In this document: positions 27,401 through 35,937 of the stretch, one piece after another
How the letters are laid out: each line of letters opens with the position of its first letter
How positions within the stretch are numbered: the stretch's first letter is position 1
Virus record (IMG/VR): IMGVR_UViG_3300048848_000270
Coordinates: 1 to 44,018 of that record
Strand: one strand, 5' to 3'
Source of the DNA: a virus
Taxonomy: Duplodnaviria; Caudoviricetes
Length of the DNA: 44,018 nucleotides
The notes under the pieces: generated by a model
Told to the model about the DNA's origin: nothing
The model's database searches: none
What the model saw: only the letters and a program-made list of their open reading frames with translations
Position numbers and translations under genes: made by a program

Positions 27401-27704
27401 ATTCAATTATCCGCCTCCAGGTACCTTGGGATCAGCCGATGAAGAAAGTGGCATCCCGTGGGAGTGTGAGGACGTCGTAGTCCAGTCGCTTGCCCGCCAG
27501 ATTGCTCCGAACATCGGCAAGTCGCTCAGCCCCGAAGCCGCACGGAACTATGCCGAGGCCATCATGTCCCTGCGATCGACCTATGCGAAGCTGCCACAGA
27601 TGCAGATGCGCCCCGACACGCCGCGTGGCGCAGGATCGCGGCGGGGGTGCCTCGCGTGGCCCTTCTTCCGTGCCAGACGGTCGAGTGACGAGATTATCCA
27701 ATGA
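24474..27704 (+). CDS. Glycoside-hydrolase-like multidomain protein fused to a P22 gp4-like head-tail adaptor
   Basis: IEAFNEYPWN and ALYEGGSH motifs, Pro-rich linker, then KRDII..AY...GLRLLNMLLARW...GIDLGFN...LARQIAP.IGK (gp4-like). Confidence 0.75.
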   Translation: MTSPAYVSNFTGAAGTPLTSLPGWSLSRTGSGAIDTPVLSGAGTLIGPTLANPGAEGTWAVLHDEVGPLGGSRVTFTLRAPQTDNFKRTRIFAAALDYANGIGLAPNCRLPTGQPGDLPVDVGNFFLKQNNVVTSISLPVNGYQGYKIDRTIDFVFDFNASGTTLMLTIVGAATVSGSIDIASYVKGTRFGFTGTGPFAAAIEEGTFVQAVRYLKPNVNLAVTKAPVFSANNTGAYELSWSGERPEGLACRFYDEDGNPVGAWTTIAATITGTTSGMITCTATAPIGAPLIAHFRPTNDIAVEVEAPKLTYFSANVQPFALGGNVRGDSYFSPIGWQNDFGPASTAQDDRIYMPFDGIEGFSTITFTGGSAITGSSSDVQIISNNYPVVRVNITPNGGDRTRFFSFAGALPTSMHAVRDGLANDITPELLAATAELTVIRDLDAEAVNQVPLNGSFVRNTPATPFWKNNIGTGPDIPYQVKTRAFATKLNTQPNFTGPWFVIAADIPLEPDGSTQSIRERAIHWRDNMPARAKIKIEAFNEYPWNNFTGTQRGVLDSLRLNYDAATTPSSPRTPKTIVDVGGQRPGTEPPGTRGQGDPGSLATPVDIPAGGYIYANIYSIGEAVYRAKQFAPAGTFVADGTVDAQGNVTSVSENAFFTKLTINAAQSARRYQMARLKAIDAILLDVFGAARHASQIELVLMGQNGGSIYDQFADHRAFDPETFAKIQYVGAAFYIGPEGPLNPATCTAAQIEAAFRAEMPIALGYVKQTVLDALRMGKKIALYEGGSHPPDGFYRGEPNHPNYNFFVQWNLFFNSDAGKQFMSDWMFLIKSNVPGLAVFYDWLGAMPWSVMNSTSDTSNKRLLGLRDGLARAGDIVPPGEPPVDPPIDPPIDPPVEPPVEPPVTPPVVSAQSQGPGMTTINLYGGPLKRDIIKSAYGATGQSDTEYELTAEEYDQGLRLLNMLLARWAGQWGIDLGFNYPPPGTLGSADEESGIPWECEDVVVQSLARQIAPNIGKSLSPEAARNYAEAIMSLRSTYAKLPQMQMRPDTPRGAGSRRGCLAWPFFRARRSSDEIIQ
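27102..27194 (+). repeat. Coding tandem repeat PP(V/I)(D/E) linker
   Basis: PPGEPPVDPPIDPPIDPPVEPPVEPPVTPPV with diversified codons. Confidence 0.9.
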
Positions 27705-29104
27705 CCGCGGTTCCGTTGCTGAGCGGTATTCTCGCTACCCCGCAAGCCGACTTCACGATGTCGTATCCCATCAATCTAGAGCCAGTGCCGATGAAAAGCG
27801 GCATTTCCGAAGGGTATTTGCGCGCGGCGCCGGGCGCATCTGAGTTCGGGCTTGGGCCTGGTGTAGACCGCGGCGGTTTCAACTGGAACGAGCAGCACTA
27901 CCGCGTGATGGGGACGAGCCTCGTTCACGTGACGTCATCGGGTTCAGTGTCGATCCTGGGGGACGTTGGCGGTGCGGGCCCGGTCGTTTTCGCGAACGGC
28001 TTTGGAAACCTCGCTATCAACAGCGGTACGGATCTGTTCTATTGGAACGGCACGACGCTTACCCAAGTCACGGACCCTGATCTAGGCCCGGTACTCGACC
28101 TTATCTGGCTGAAAGGGCAGTACTTCACGACGGACGGGACGTCGATCGTGGTGACCCAGCTTGCTGACCCGATGGCAGTCGATCCACTCAAGTACGGGTC
28201 GGCGGAGGAAGACCCCGATCAAATCGCAGCGTTGTTCAAGATGCGGGGCGAGCTCTATGCGCTTGGCGAGTACACCATCCAGGTGTTCACCTATACCGGG
28301 GGTAGCGGCTTCCCGCTAACTGCCAACACCACGGCGACGGTTCCTGTCGGAATCGTCGCGCCGCGCGCGAAGTGCCGGTTCTACAAGACGCTCGCGTTCG
28401 TCGGGCAGGAGATTGAGGATGATGGCCCGACCGCGCCGGCTGTCTACATTCTTGACGGGGGCGACGCGACGAAGATCAGCACCCGCGCGATCGATGACGA
28501 GCTGGCGAAAGTGGACGATAGCGGTTCCATCACGATGGAAAGCCGTGTCAGCCGCGACGAACGGCGTCTGTTGATCCACCTGCCGACCAAGACGCTGGTT
28601 TACTGTGCTAACGCCTCTCGCGTTTCGGGTCAGCCGGTCTGGTTCATCTTGCGGTCGGGGCTCGGCATTGATCAGCCCTACCGCCTTCGCAACGCCGTCT
28701 ATTGCTACGGCAAGTGGATCATAGGTGACCTGAAATCGGCGCGACTTGGCCTGTTGGACGAAGCGCTGGACACGCATTACGGCGAGCCGGTTGGCTGGCA
28801 GTTCGATACGTTGTTGGCGTATAACGAAGCCAAGGGCGCGATCCTGCATGAGGCTGAGCTTGTAGGCTTGCCCGGCAGGCAAAGCGGTTCCACGAACCCA
28901 TCGGTCTTCATGTCCATGACCACAGACGGCGAGACGTACACGCTGGAGCGGGTATGCTCTCAAGGCCGTAAGGGCGGGCGGTCCACCCGCGTCCAGTGGA
29001 GGCCACATCGCCGCTTCTCCCTGTACATGGGTATGCGCTTCCGTGGGTCGGCGTCGGCGGGATGGGCCGGATGCAACGCGGTGATGGAGCCGCTCAGTGC
29101 CTAG
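27701..29104 (+). CDS. P22 gp10-like packaged DNA stabilization (tail hub) protein
   Basis: YPINLEP...SEGYLR, VTDPDLG and YGSAEEDPD motifs; follows gp4. Confidence 0.88.
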   Translation: MTAVPLLSGILATPQADFTMSYPINLEPVPMKSGISEGYLRAAPGASEFGLGPGVDRGGFNWNEQHYRVMGTSLVHVTSSGSVSILGDVGGAGPVVFANGFGNLAINSGTDLFYWNGTTLTQVTDPDLGPVLDLIWLKGQYFTTDGTSIVVTQLADPMAVDPLKYGSAEEDPDQIAALFKMRGELYALGEYTIQVFTYTGGSGFPLTANTTATVPVGIVAPRAKCRFYKTLAFVGQEIEDDGPTAPAVYILDGGDATKISTRAIDDELAKVDDSGSITMESRVSRDERRLLIHLPTKTLVYCANASRVSGQPVWFILRSGLGIDQPYRLRNAVYCYGKWIIGDLKSARLGLLDEALDTHYGEPVGWQFDTLLAYNEAKGAILHEAELVGLPGRQSGSTNPSVFMSMTTDGETYTLERVCSQGRKGGRSTRVQWRPHRRFSLYMGMRFRGSASAGWAGCNAVMEPLSA

Positions 29105-29573
29105 CATCTCGATCACGCGCGAGGATCTTGCCCGCGCGTTCCCTAACCAACCCCGTCTCTGGCGTGCGTTCGAAGAATTGTTTTTCGCATCGGCGGCGAA
29201 CACGGAAGCTGTCACGACTGGCACGGCAGCGACCCAGGCGCTTGCTGATGCGACCATTATCACGCTGTCTACGAACGAGGCGCTGAACAATGAACGTGTC
29301 CTGGCGGTCGATCCATCCGCTTTCAGCCTGACAGACACAGGCGCAACGATCGTTCTGGCGCTGATCGATCGCGTGCAATCGACGGGTGGCTTTCGCTGCG
29401 TCCTCAATCTGGAAGCAGACACGAACTTGGATTTGCCGTCGTTTGGCCGTCTCGCGACAACTGATCTCGGGGGAGAGACGTATGCCGATGATGCTGCCGC
29501 GGCGGCGGATGGTGTGATCGTAGGGGATATGTACCGGAAGACCGGAGGAACGATTGCCTGGCGACAGACTTAG
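29097..29573 (+). CDS. Hypothetical tail protein (position of P22 gp26 needle)
   Basis: Synteny after gp10 only. Confidence 0.65.
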   Translation: MPSISITREDLARAFPNQPRLWRAFEELFFASAANTEAVTTGTAATQALADATIITLSTNEALNNERVLAVDPSAFSLTDTGATIVLALIDRVQSTGGFRCVLNLEADTNLDLPSFGRLATTDLGGETYADDAAAAADGVIVGDMYRKTGGTIAWRQT

Positions 29574-29588
29574 CGCCGGAAGCGCTTA

Positions 29589-29617
29589 TTTGTGACGGCG
29601 TATCCCCTTCTGTATAC
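29589..29617 (+). promoter_or_regulatory. Promoter-like TTGTGA-N17-TATACC
   Basis: Shares GCTTA(G)TTTGTGAC and spacing with the element upstream of the coat gene. Confidence 0.5.
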
Positions 29618-29675
29618 CCGTCTGCAACGGTCGATATAGCCTGCACCGGGGCGCTCTGTCTTTCGAGAGAGAAGC

Positions 29676-30095
29676 GTGATCGCCCGCACTACCGACATAG
29701 CCCTTATTAACCGGATCGCGAACAGCGACGCCGTGCGCCCGTTCATCTCCGCGACTGGCTCGGCGGTGGATTATACCCCCTGCGTTCCCGAGCAAGCGGG
29801 GTGCATCTGGCTGAGCGACGGCAAGGAGGCGTTGGCCTGCTTCGACCATAGCGGCTCTGGCGTCTATGAGGCGCACCTGATGTTCTCGCCCGAGTGCCGA
29901 GGCGCGCGGGCGATCCGGTACGCTCGGGAAATGCTCGTCTGGCTCTTCGCCAACGGCGCGAGGATTGTCTGGGGCTGCGTAAGTCGCACGCACCGCCCCG
30001 CGCTTATGTTCGGCCGGCTGGTTGGCATGACCATCGCTGCTGAAAGCGCGGACAATGTGATTTTCGAGATGAAGGCTGCGCAATGTCGATTTTGA
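29676..30095 (+). CDS. P22 gp14/DUF2824-like GNAT-fold protein
   Basis: YEAHLMFSPECRG motif and synteny. Confidence 0.75.
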   Translation: MIARTTDIALINRIANSDAVRPFISATGSAVDYTPCVPEQAGCIWLSDGKEALACFDHSGSGVYEAHLMFSPECRGARAIRYAREMLVWLFANGARIVWGCVSRTHRPALMFGRLVGMTIAAESADNVIFEMKAAQCRF

Positions 30096-30688
30096 CCTCC
30101 GTCTTCGGCGGCGTCAGCGGGAAGAACGCGTCCAAGAAGGCCGATAAGGTCCAGATGCAGTATCTCGACAAGGCGCTTGCTCAGGATCAGGCGCAGTTCG
30201 ACAAGACCGAAGCCAACTTCCAGCCGTTTTTGCAGGCTGGGCAGCAGGCACTCGGTGGGTCGAAGGATCTGCTCGGGCTTAACGGTGGGACGACGCAGCA
30301 GTCCGCGATCGATGCCCTGAAGGCGTCTCCCGGCTTTACGTCGCTGTTCAATGCCGGTCAGGATACGATCCTCCAGAACGCCGCGGCAACGGGTGGGCTG
30401 CGTGGGGGGAATACCCAAAACAGCCTCGCCAGTTTCGGCTCCAACCTGCTCTCGACGGTGATCCAACAGCAGCTCGCGAACTATGGCGGGCTGGTGAACA
30501 CCGGCGCGGGTGCGACGGGCCAGCTTGGCAATCTCGGTGCGCAGAATGCGGACGCGGTGTCCAAGCTGCTTCAACAGCAGGGTTCGGTACAGGCGAACGG
30601 CATCCTTGGTCGCAACGCCATGCAATCCAAGACGATCAACGACGTCGAAAGCCAGTTCATGAAGCTGTTCCAGGGCGGCGGCTTCTAA
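30083..30688 (+). CDS. DNA ejection protein (gp7-like)
   Basis: Gln/Gly-rich; ILQNAAATGGLRGGNTQ motif. Confidence 0.8.
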   Translation: MSILTSVFGGVSGKNASKKADKVQMQYLDKALAQDQAQFDKTEANFQPFLQAGQQALGGSKDLLGLNGGTTQQSAIDALKASPGFTSLFNAGQDTILQNAAATGGLRGGNTQNSLASFGSNLLSTVIQQQLANYGGLVNTGAGATGQLGNLGAQNADAVSKLLQQQGSVQANGILGRNAMQSKTINDVESQFMKLFQGGGF

Positions 30689-32515
30689 ATGCCGGATCCA
30701 TCCGATTTCCTGATGGCGCTGGTCAACCAGACCGGACTGAACGGAAAGGCGTTGAACGACGCCACGCTCGACAATCAGCAGATACAGCAGAACCGACAGC
30801 AGCTTCAGCTTGGCGGCATGCGGATTGGCGCGCTTCAGCAGCAGCAGGCGCAGGAAGAGTCCTGGCAGCAGGATGTGCAGGCGTATTTTAACGATCCGAA
30901 GCCCGGCGCGCTTGGTAACCTCATCCTCAAGTATCCTGGCAAAGCTGACGAGATCAAGCAGTCCAAAGCTGTGTTGGACGAACCTGCGCGCCAGTCGCAA
31001 CTGACCCAATTCAGCAGCCTTCACAACGCGGTCGAAAACAACCGCTCAGATCTTGCGCGCACCCTGATCAGCAATATCCACGCCGCAGAAAAGGCGAAGG
31101 GTATCGCAGACCCGCAGGTGGAAGACATTATCGGGCAGCTGGATTCAAAGGATCCGGCCGTCGTCGCGGGCGCCATGAAGCAGATCAAGGGTTTCACGCA
31201 GATCAACCTTGCCGCGCTCGACCCGAAGTATGCCGAAACCCTGTCCAAATTGCAGGGCGAGCAGGACGAGTACGCCTCGACCGGCGATAGCGCGATCTAC
31301 AACAAGCGCACCGGTCAGGTTGTCCGTCAGGCACCTGAAAAGACCCAATACCGGAGCGTTCGTAATGGGGACGGTTCGGAAAGCATTGTCGCACTCAATC
31401 CGGAAGGAGGTGGTCAAGCATCTAGCGGTTCGGCGGCTGGCGCTCGGGGGGACGTCAGCCGCCTGATCAACACGGACGCCGGAGGCGGCTATGTTCCTGA
31501 TAGCGTCAACACGCTTGGTCAGTTCGTTGGTTTCGGGAGGTCGCTTAATCAGCGCGGCGCTAAGTCCAGTTCGGCCGGCACGTATCAGATCAATGGCACG
31601 ACGATGGCCGAGTTTGCCCCGAAGGTCTTTGGGCCGGAGTGGAAAAGTGCACCTTTTGATGCACAGTCTCAGGAAAGGATCGGTGAATCGATCTTCAATT
31701 GGGCCAAGCAACAGCGCGACCCTGCCGCGGCACTTCGCGGACGATGGGTGTCTCTAGACGCTAGAACTGCGGCTCGTCTTGTACAGGGCAACTGGCAGCA
31801 GGCGCGCGGCACGATCGCTCAGGGCGAGACGGGGGGTGGACCCGGGGCGAGCGCGGCTAGCGGCATGCCGAAGCCAGTAGGCGCGAACGTTGTTTTCCAG
31901 TCGCAAGCGGGCGCCGCCAAGCCAAAGCCGGCACCGTCCGGTTATCAGTATCGCCCTGATGGAATGACTCTGGAAGCAATCCCAGGCGGCCCCGCGGACA
32001 AAGGCAAGACCGGAGGCGGGAAAGCCCTGTCAGACGGCGTCATCAAGCGTCTAGAACCGAAAATCGACGCGCGAGACGGGCTCACGTCAGCGCTCCGCGG
32101 TTTTAAAGACGACTTCGGCGGTCACAACATCCTCGGCGACACGAGCAACACGATCCAGGGTCTCACCGGGATGGGTGCCGAAGGCCAGCGCGACTGGTGG
32201 GCGCAGTTCCGCTCGGTCGATAACGTGATCCGGAATCAGTTGTTCGGCGCCTCTCTAACCGAAGGAGAGAAAGCTGCATACAACAGCACGACGGTTACTC
32301 CGCGCATGGCGCCGTCCGAAATTCGCAGAAACCTTAAAAGCCGACTGGACATCGTTAACAAGGCTCTTGCCCGCCAGCGTAATATTCTCACCAAAAACGG
32401 CTTCTCCACGGATTCGATCGACGCCCTGTTCGATCCGATGGCGGCAGGCGGCGGTTCAGCAGTGAAACCAAGCGCTCCCGGTTTCAAGATTCTCGGCGTC
32501 AGGAAGAAGCAATGA
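30689..32515 (+). CDS. DNA ejection protein (gp20-like) with internal lysozyme-like domain
   Basis: Synteny; SSSAGTYQINGTTM...FDAQSQ...WVSL resembles lambda-R-type muralytic motifs. Confidence 0.7.
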   Translation: MPDPSDFLMALVNQTGLNGKALNDATLDNQQIQQNRQQLQLGGMRIGALQQQQAQEESWQQDVQAYFNDPKPGALGNLILKYPGKADEIKQSKAVLDEPARQSQLTQFSSLHNAVENNRSDLARTLISNIHAAEKAKGIADPQVEDIIGQLDSKDPAVVAGAMKQIKGFTQINLAALDPKYAETLSKLQGEQDEYASTGDSAIYNKRTGQVVRQAPEKTQYRSVRNGDGSESIVALNPEGGGQASSGSAAGARGDVSRLINTDAGGGYVPDSVNTLGQFVGFGRSLNQRGAKSSSAGTYQINGTTMAEFAPKVFGPEWKSAPFDAQSQERIGESIFNWAKQQRDPAAALRGRWVSLDARTAARLVQGNWQQARGTIAQGETGGGPGASAASGMPKPVGANVVFQSQAGAAKPKPAPSGYQYRPDGMTLEAIPGGPADKGKTGGGKALSDGVIKRLEPKIDARDGLTSALRGFKDDFGGHNILGDTSNTIQGLTGMGAEGQRDWWAQFRSVDNVIRNQLFGASLTEGEKAAYNSTTVTPRMAPSEIRRNLKSRLDIVNKALARQRNILTKNGFSTDSIDALFDPMAAGGGSAVKPSAPGFKILGVRKKQ

Positions 32516-34857
32516 CGCCCGGTCGCACGTCCGTCCCCGTCAACAGTGGCGGTGAGACGATGATCTACACTGTGGACATCGGGAATGGTCAGGTCATGGA
32601 CATTGAGGGTCCGCCCGGTGCCACCCCTGAGCAGCTACAGGATGCCGTTGCAGGGCACACAGCTTCGGCTCCCTCAGACGCCCCAGCGGAGATGCAGGCC
32701 GGGTTCTCCGACGAACTGCCCTATCAGGTCCAGAACACGCTGAGCCCGGAGGACGAGGCCGCGTATTCGCAAATGCTGCGTACTGCGGACGCTGGCACTC
32801 TGCGTCAGTTTTTAGCTTCCAAGGGCAAGGAGAGCCCGGCCGGTGAGCTGGAAAAATACGTTGTTGAGCGCGACAAGGCGCAGGCTGCGGGCACGCCCCT
32901 GAACTACGACGTCACCTATCAGGCCCCGGACGTTTCACAGATGGCGGATACCGGCGCTGCAGCCGCGGGCGTTCGTGGTGCCGTCGATAGCCTAACGCTC
33001 GGTGCAGGCCAGAAAGCCAAGAACCTTGTCGATGCGGTTAAGGCCCAGATGGGTGGCAGCGAGCAATCGTTCATGCAGGACTGGAGCGCGGCCGCTGATA
33101 CGGCGCAGGGGCTGGAGGAAAACGACCAAGAAGACCATCCGTGGGCACGTGGGGCTGGGCAGCTTCTCGGAGGCCTTGCCCTTCCCAGCGGCATGGAAGG
33201 GCTGGGCCTGTCTGTCGGGCGAGACGTCTTGCGCGCTGGCGGGTCGATGGCGGACGCCCGCGCAGCCGTTCGGGTTGCTGTTCGTAACCGAATGGGGGCC
33301 GTGGGCGGTGGTTACGGCGCGGCGCACGGCGTGTTGTCGGCGGACAGCCCCAGTGAAGCGCTCACGGGAGGGTTGACTGAGGGCGCAATCGGCGCGGCGG
33401 GTGGTCTTGGGTTGGGGGCGATCGCACGTGGGCGGGCCGCTCCAGCCGCAGAAACCGAAGGCCAGCGAGTTGCTGCAGCGGCAGGTCGTCAACGCGTCGA
33501 CGTGCTTCCTGCCGATGTCGGTGGACCCACTATCCGGCGACTGACGGCAGCGGCGGCACAGGCTCCGATATCCGCGGCCCCGGTCGTTAACGGGGCACAG
33601 CGCGCCGTCGAGCAGACCCAAGGCGTCCGCGATCGGTTCGCTAACCTTATTGGCAACGTGTTGAACCCGGAAGCGGCTGGCGAGCGCGCCAGAGACGGCG
33701 CAAATGCCATGATCGCCCGCACGGGGGGGCGGGCAAGCACGCTATACCGGAACGCTGAAGCGGGATCGGCGGGGGTGGCCGTCACGCCTACGCAGGCAAG
33801 CGCCACACTTGCGCGAAATATCCGCGAACTGTCTGACACTCCTGGCGGTGCGGAAGGGTTGGCCCGACTTCAAGGACTTCAGGACGCATTCAGCAACGGT
33901 AATTTCTCGGTTGAGGGCGTGCGCCGGATGCGCTCTGCGCTGCGCGACGAGTTCGCTGGGGCCGGACTGCGTGGCACCGACATCGAGCGCAGGGTCAATC
34001 AAGTCGCGGACGCGGCGAATGATGACGTAATCAATAGCCTGAACGCGGCAGGACGCCCCGGCGTCGCACGGCAGTTTCAGGTCGCTGATCGCTACTGGCG
34101 GAACCGCATCCGGACGATTGATGACACGCTGGCGCCCATCATCGGGAAGGACGGGGACGCTAGCGGCGAGGCAATCGTGAAGAATCTGCAATCCGCGATG
34201 AAGGGCAACAACCAGCGCTTCGCCCGGTTCATCGCCGCGGTTCCCGATGACGCGCGCGGGGACGTCCGCGCTTCCCTGATCGGCCGGCTCGGTCGTGCTA
34301 CGAAGGGTGCGCAGAACGACGAGGGCACGGAATTTTCGCTCCAGACCTTCCTGTCGAACTGGGACGATATCGGCGAGACGGCAAAGGGCCATCTCTTTGG
34401 ACCCGAGACTCGCGCTGCATTCAACGACCTAGCTACTATCGCCAGCGGCGCACGCGAGACTGCGACATATGCTAACCGTTCCAACACGGCTGGCGGCATC
34501 TGGGGCAACATCGGCGCGCTCACAGGCCTTGGCGCCGTTTCGCCTGTTACGGCGATCTCGGCGCTCGTCGGTCAGTATGGAGGCGGGCGGCTGCTTGCCT
34601 CGCCGAGGATGACCCGGTGGCTAACCCGCGCGCCGAACAGCGTCGCAGCCGGGCCAGCCTATATCGAGCGTCTTTCGCGCATTGCGCGTGCGGAACCTGC
34701 GATCGCGAACGAAGTGCTTCAGCTTCAGCGCCGACTCACAGATGCTTTCTCTTCAGCGCCGACACGAATGGCAGCTCAAGAAACCCCGAACGAAGTTGCT
34801 GAAGGACAGGGGAACACAGGTGAGCAGCAACCCCAACAGCAGGGGTTTGAACCATGA
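32512..34857 (+). CDS. DNA ejection protein (gp16-like)
   Basis: Large Ala/Gly-rich helical protein, third in the series. Confidence 0.7.
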   Translation: MTPGRTSVPVNSGGETMIYTVDIGNGQVMDIEGPPGATPEQLQDAVAGHTASAPSDAPAEMQAGFSDELPYQVQNTLSPEDEAAYSQMLRTADAGTLRQFLASKGKESPAGELEKYVVERDKAQAAGTPLNYDVTYQAPDVSQMADTGAAAAGVRGAVDSLTLGAGQKAKNLVDAVKAQMGGSEQSFMQDWSAAADTAQGLEENDQEDHPWARGAGQLLGGLALPSGMEGLGLSVGRDVLRAGGSMADARAAVRVAVRNRMGAVGGGYGAAHGVLSADSPSEALTGGLTEGAIGAAGGLGLGAIARGRAAPAAETEGQRVAAAAGRQRVDVLPADVGGPTIRRLTAAAAQAPISAAPVVNGAQRAVEQTQGVRDRFANLIGNVLNPEAAGERARDGANAMIARTGGRASTLYRNAEAGSAGVAVTPTQASATLARNIRELSDTPGGAEGLARLQGLQDAFSNGNFSVEGVRRMRSALRDEFAGAGLRGTDIERRVNQVADAANDDVINSLNAAGRPGVARQFQVADRYWRNRIRTIDDTLAPIIGKDGDASGEAIVKNLQSAMKGNNQRFARFIAAVPDDARGDVRASLIGRLGRATKGAQNDEGTEFSLQTFLSNWDDIGETAKGHLFGPETRAAFNDLATIASGARETATYANRSNTAGGIWGNIGALTGLGAVSPVTAISALVGQYGGGRLLASPRMTRWLTRAPNSVAAGPAYIERLSRIARAEPAIANEVLQLQRRLTDAFSSAPTRMAAQETPNEVAEGQGNTGEQQPQQQGFEP

Positions 34858-34882
34858 TCGCATCTGCAACGGGTAACATCGC

Positions 34883-35467
34883 ATGACCAAACTCGCAAAC
34901 CCCGTCCCGCTCTTCCTTGATACGCGCGGCGCGCTCATGGACGGCGGGCATATCTATGTTGGTGCGGTCAACAGCGACCCGCAAGCCAGACCGATCACGG
35001 TGTATTGGGATTTCGCGCAAACGCAGCCCGCAGAGCAGCCGTTGCGGACGATCGGCGGGCTGATTGTCAACGGGGTCGTGCCTGCTTCCGTGTTCTTCCC
35101 GCAAGGGGATTACGCAATGCGCGTCACGGACCAAAACGACACGCTCGTTTTCTATTCGCCATCGATCTACGCGTCCGCCTCTTTCCAGCCGTTGGATACG
35201 GACCTGAGCGCAATTGCGGCCCTTGGGACCACTCCATACGGGCGCTCGCTTCTCACCTTGGCGAATCAGGCTGCGCTTGTCGCCGCGACCGGATTGAACG
35301 CAGGCTTGCCGCTAACAGGCGGAACGATGACCGGTGATATCTTGCGGCAGGGCGCTGGCGGTTATGTCTACACGACGACTGGTACGGGCGCGAAAATCTA
35401 CCCGCCTTTGCCCGTGGGAAGCGCGAATCCTGCCACGGGGCCACTCAGTTTGCAGGGCTTCTACTGA
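34883..35467 (+). CDS. Tailspike head-binding-domain protein / short fibre adaptor
   Basis: GHIYVG...DP...ITVYWD...QPLRT (P22 tailspike N-domain-like); LPLTGGTMTG fibre motif. Confidence 0.75.
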   Translation: MTKLANPVPLFLDTRGALMDGGHIYVGAVNSDPQARPITVYWDFAQTQPAEQPLRTIGGLIVNGVVPASVFFPQGDYAMRVTDQNDTLVFYSPSIYASASFQPLDTDLSAIAALGTTPYGRSLLTLANQAALVAATGLNAGLPLTGGTMTGDILRQGAGGYVYTTTGTGAKIYPPLPVGSANPATGPLSLQGFY

Positions 35468-35937
35468 TGTTGGCGCAGATCGGCCCTGACGGGGTTTCTC
35501 GTCAGATATCCCAGCTTGTGCAGATCGATACGGACGGCATCACCGTGCGACAGCTTGCCGAGCTGTGGCAAAACGACCTGAACGGTGTTCCGCGGCTGAT
35601 CTACTCGGCAAGCGGCGGGCGTGGCGCATCCATTTTTCCCGAGTACGCGCAAGGCTCCCGCAATTCGCGGATCGGCGGTTCGGTTACCACATCCACGGTC
35701 GCCATTACGCTATCCCGGTCGTCGCCTACCGATCTCATTTGGACCTTCAATGATCCAGGCTGGAGCGTCGCGAGCCCCGGTGCGCTTTCGACGGCGTTCC
35801 GATCACCCCCTCTTGGGGCTAACTCCGACGCATCCACGACCGCCACGCTGACAGCAGTCTACCCATCGAGCCCAGACGCAGTTTCGAACCCGGTCACGCT
35901 CTACGCCATCAACCTCTATCAGCCGCAGGAACTGTAA
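35467..35937 (+). CDS. Putative fibre-associated protein
   Basis: Coupled, Ser/Thr-rich. Confidence 0.65.
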   Translation: MLAQIGPDGVSRQISQLVQIDTDGITVRQLAELWQNDLNGVPRLIYSASGGRGASIFPEYAQGSRNSRIGGSVTTSTVAITLSRSSPTDLIWTFNDPGWSVASPGALSTAFRSPPLGANSDASTTATLTAVYPSSPDAVSNPVTLYAINLYQPQEL

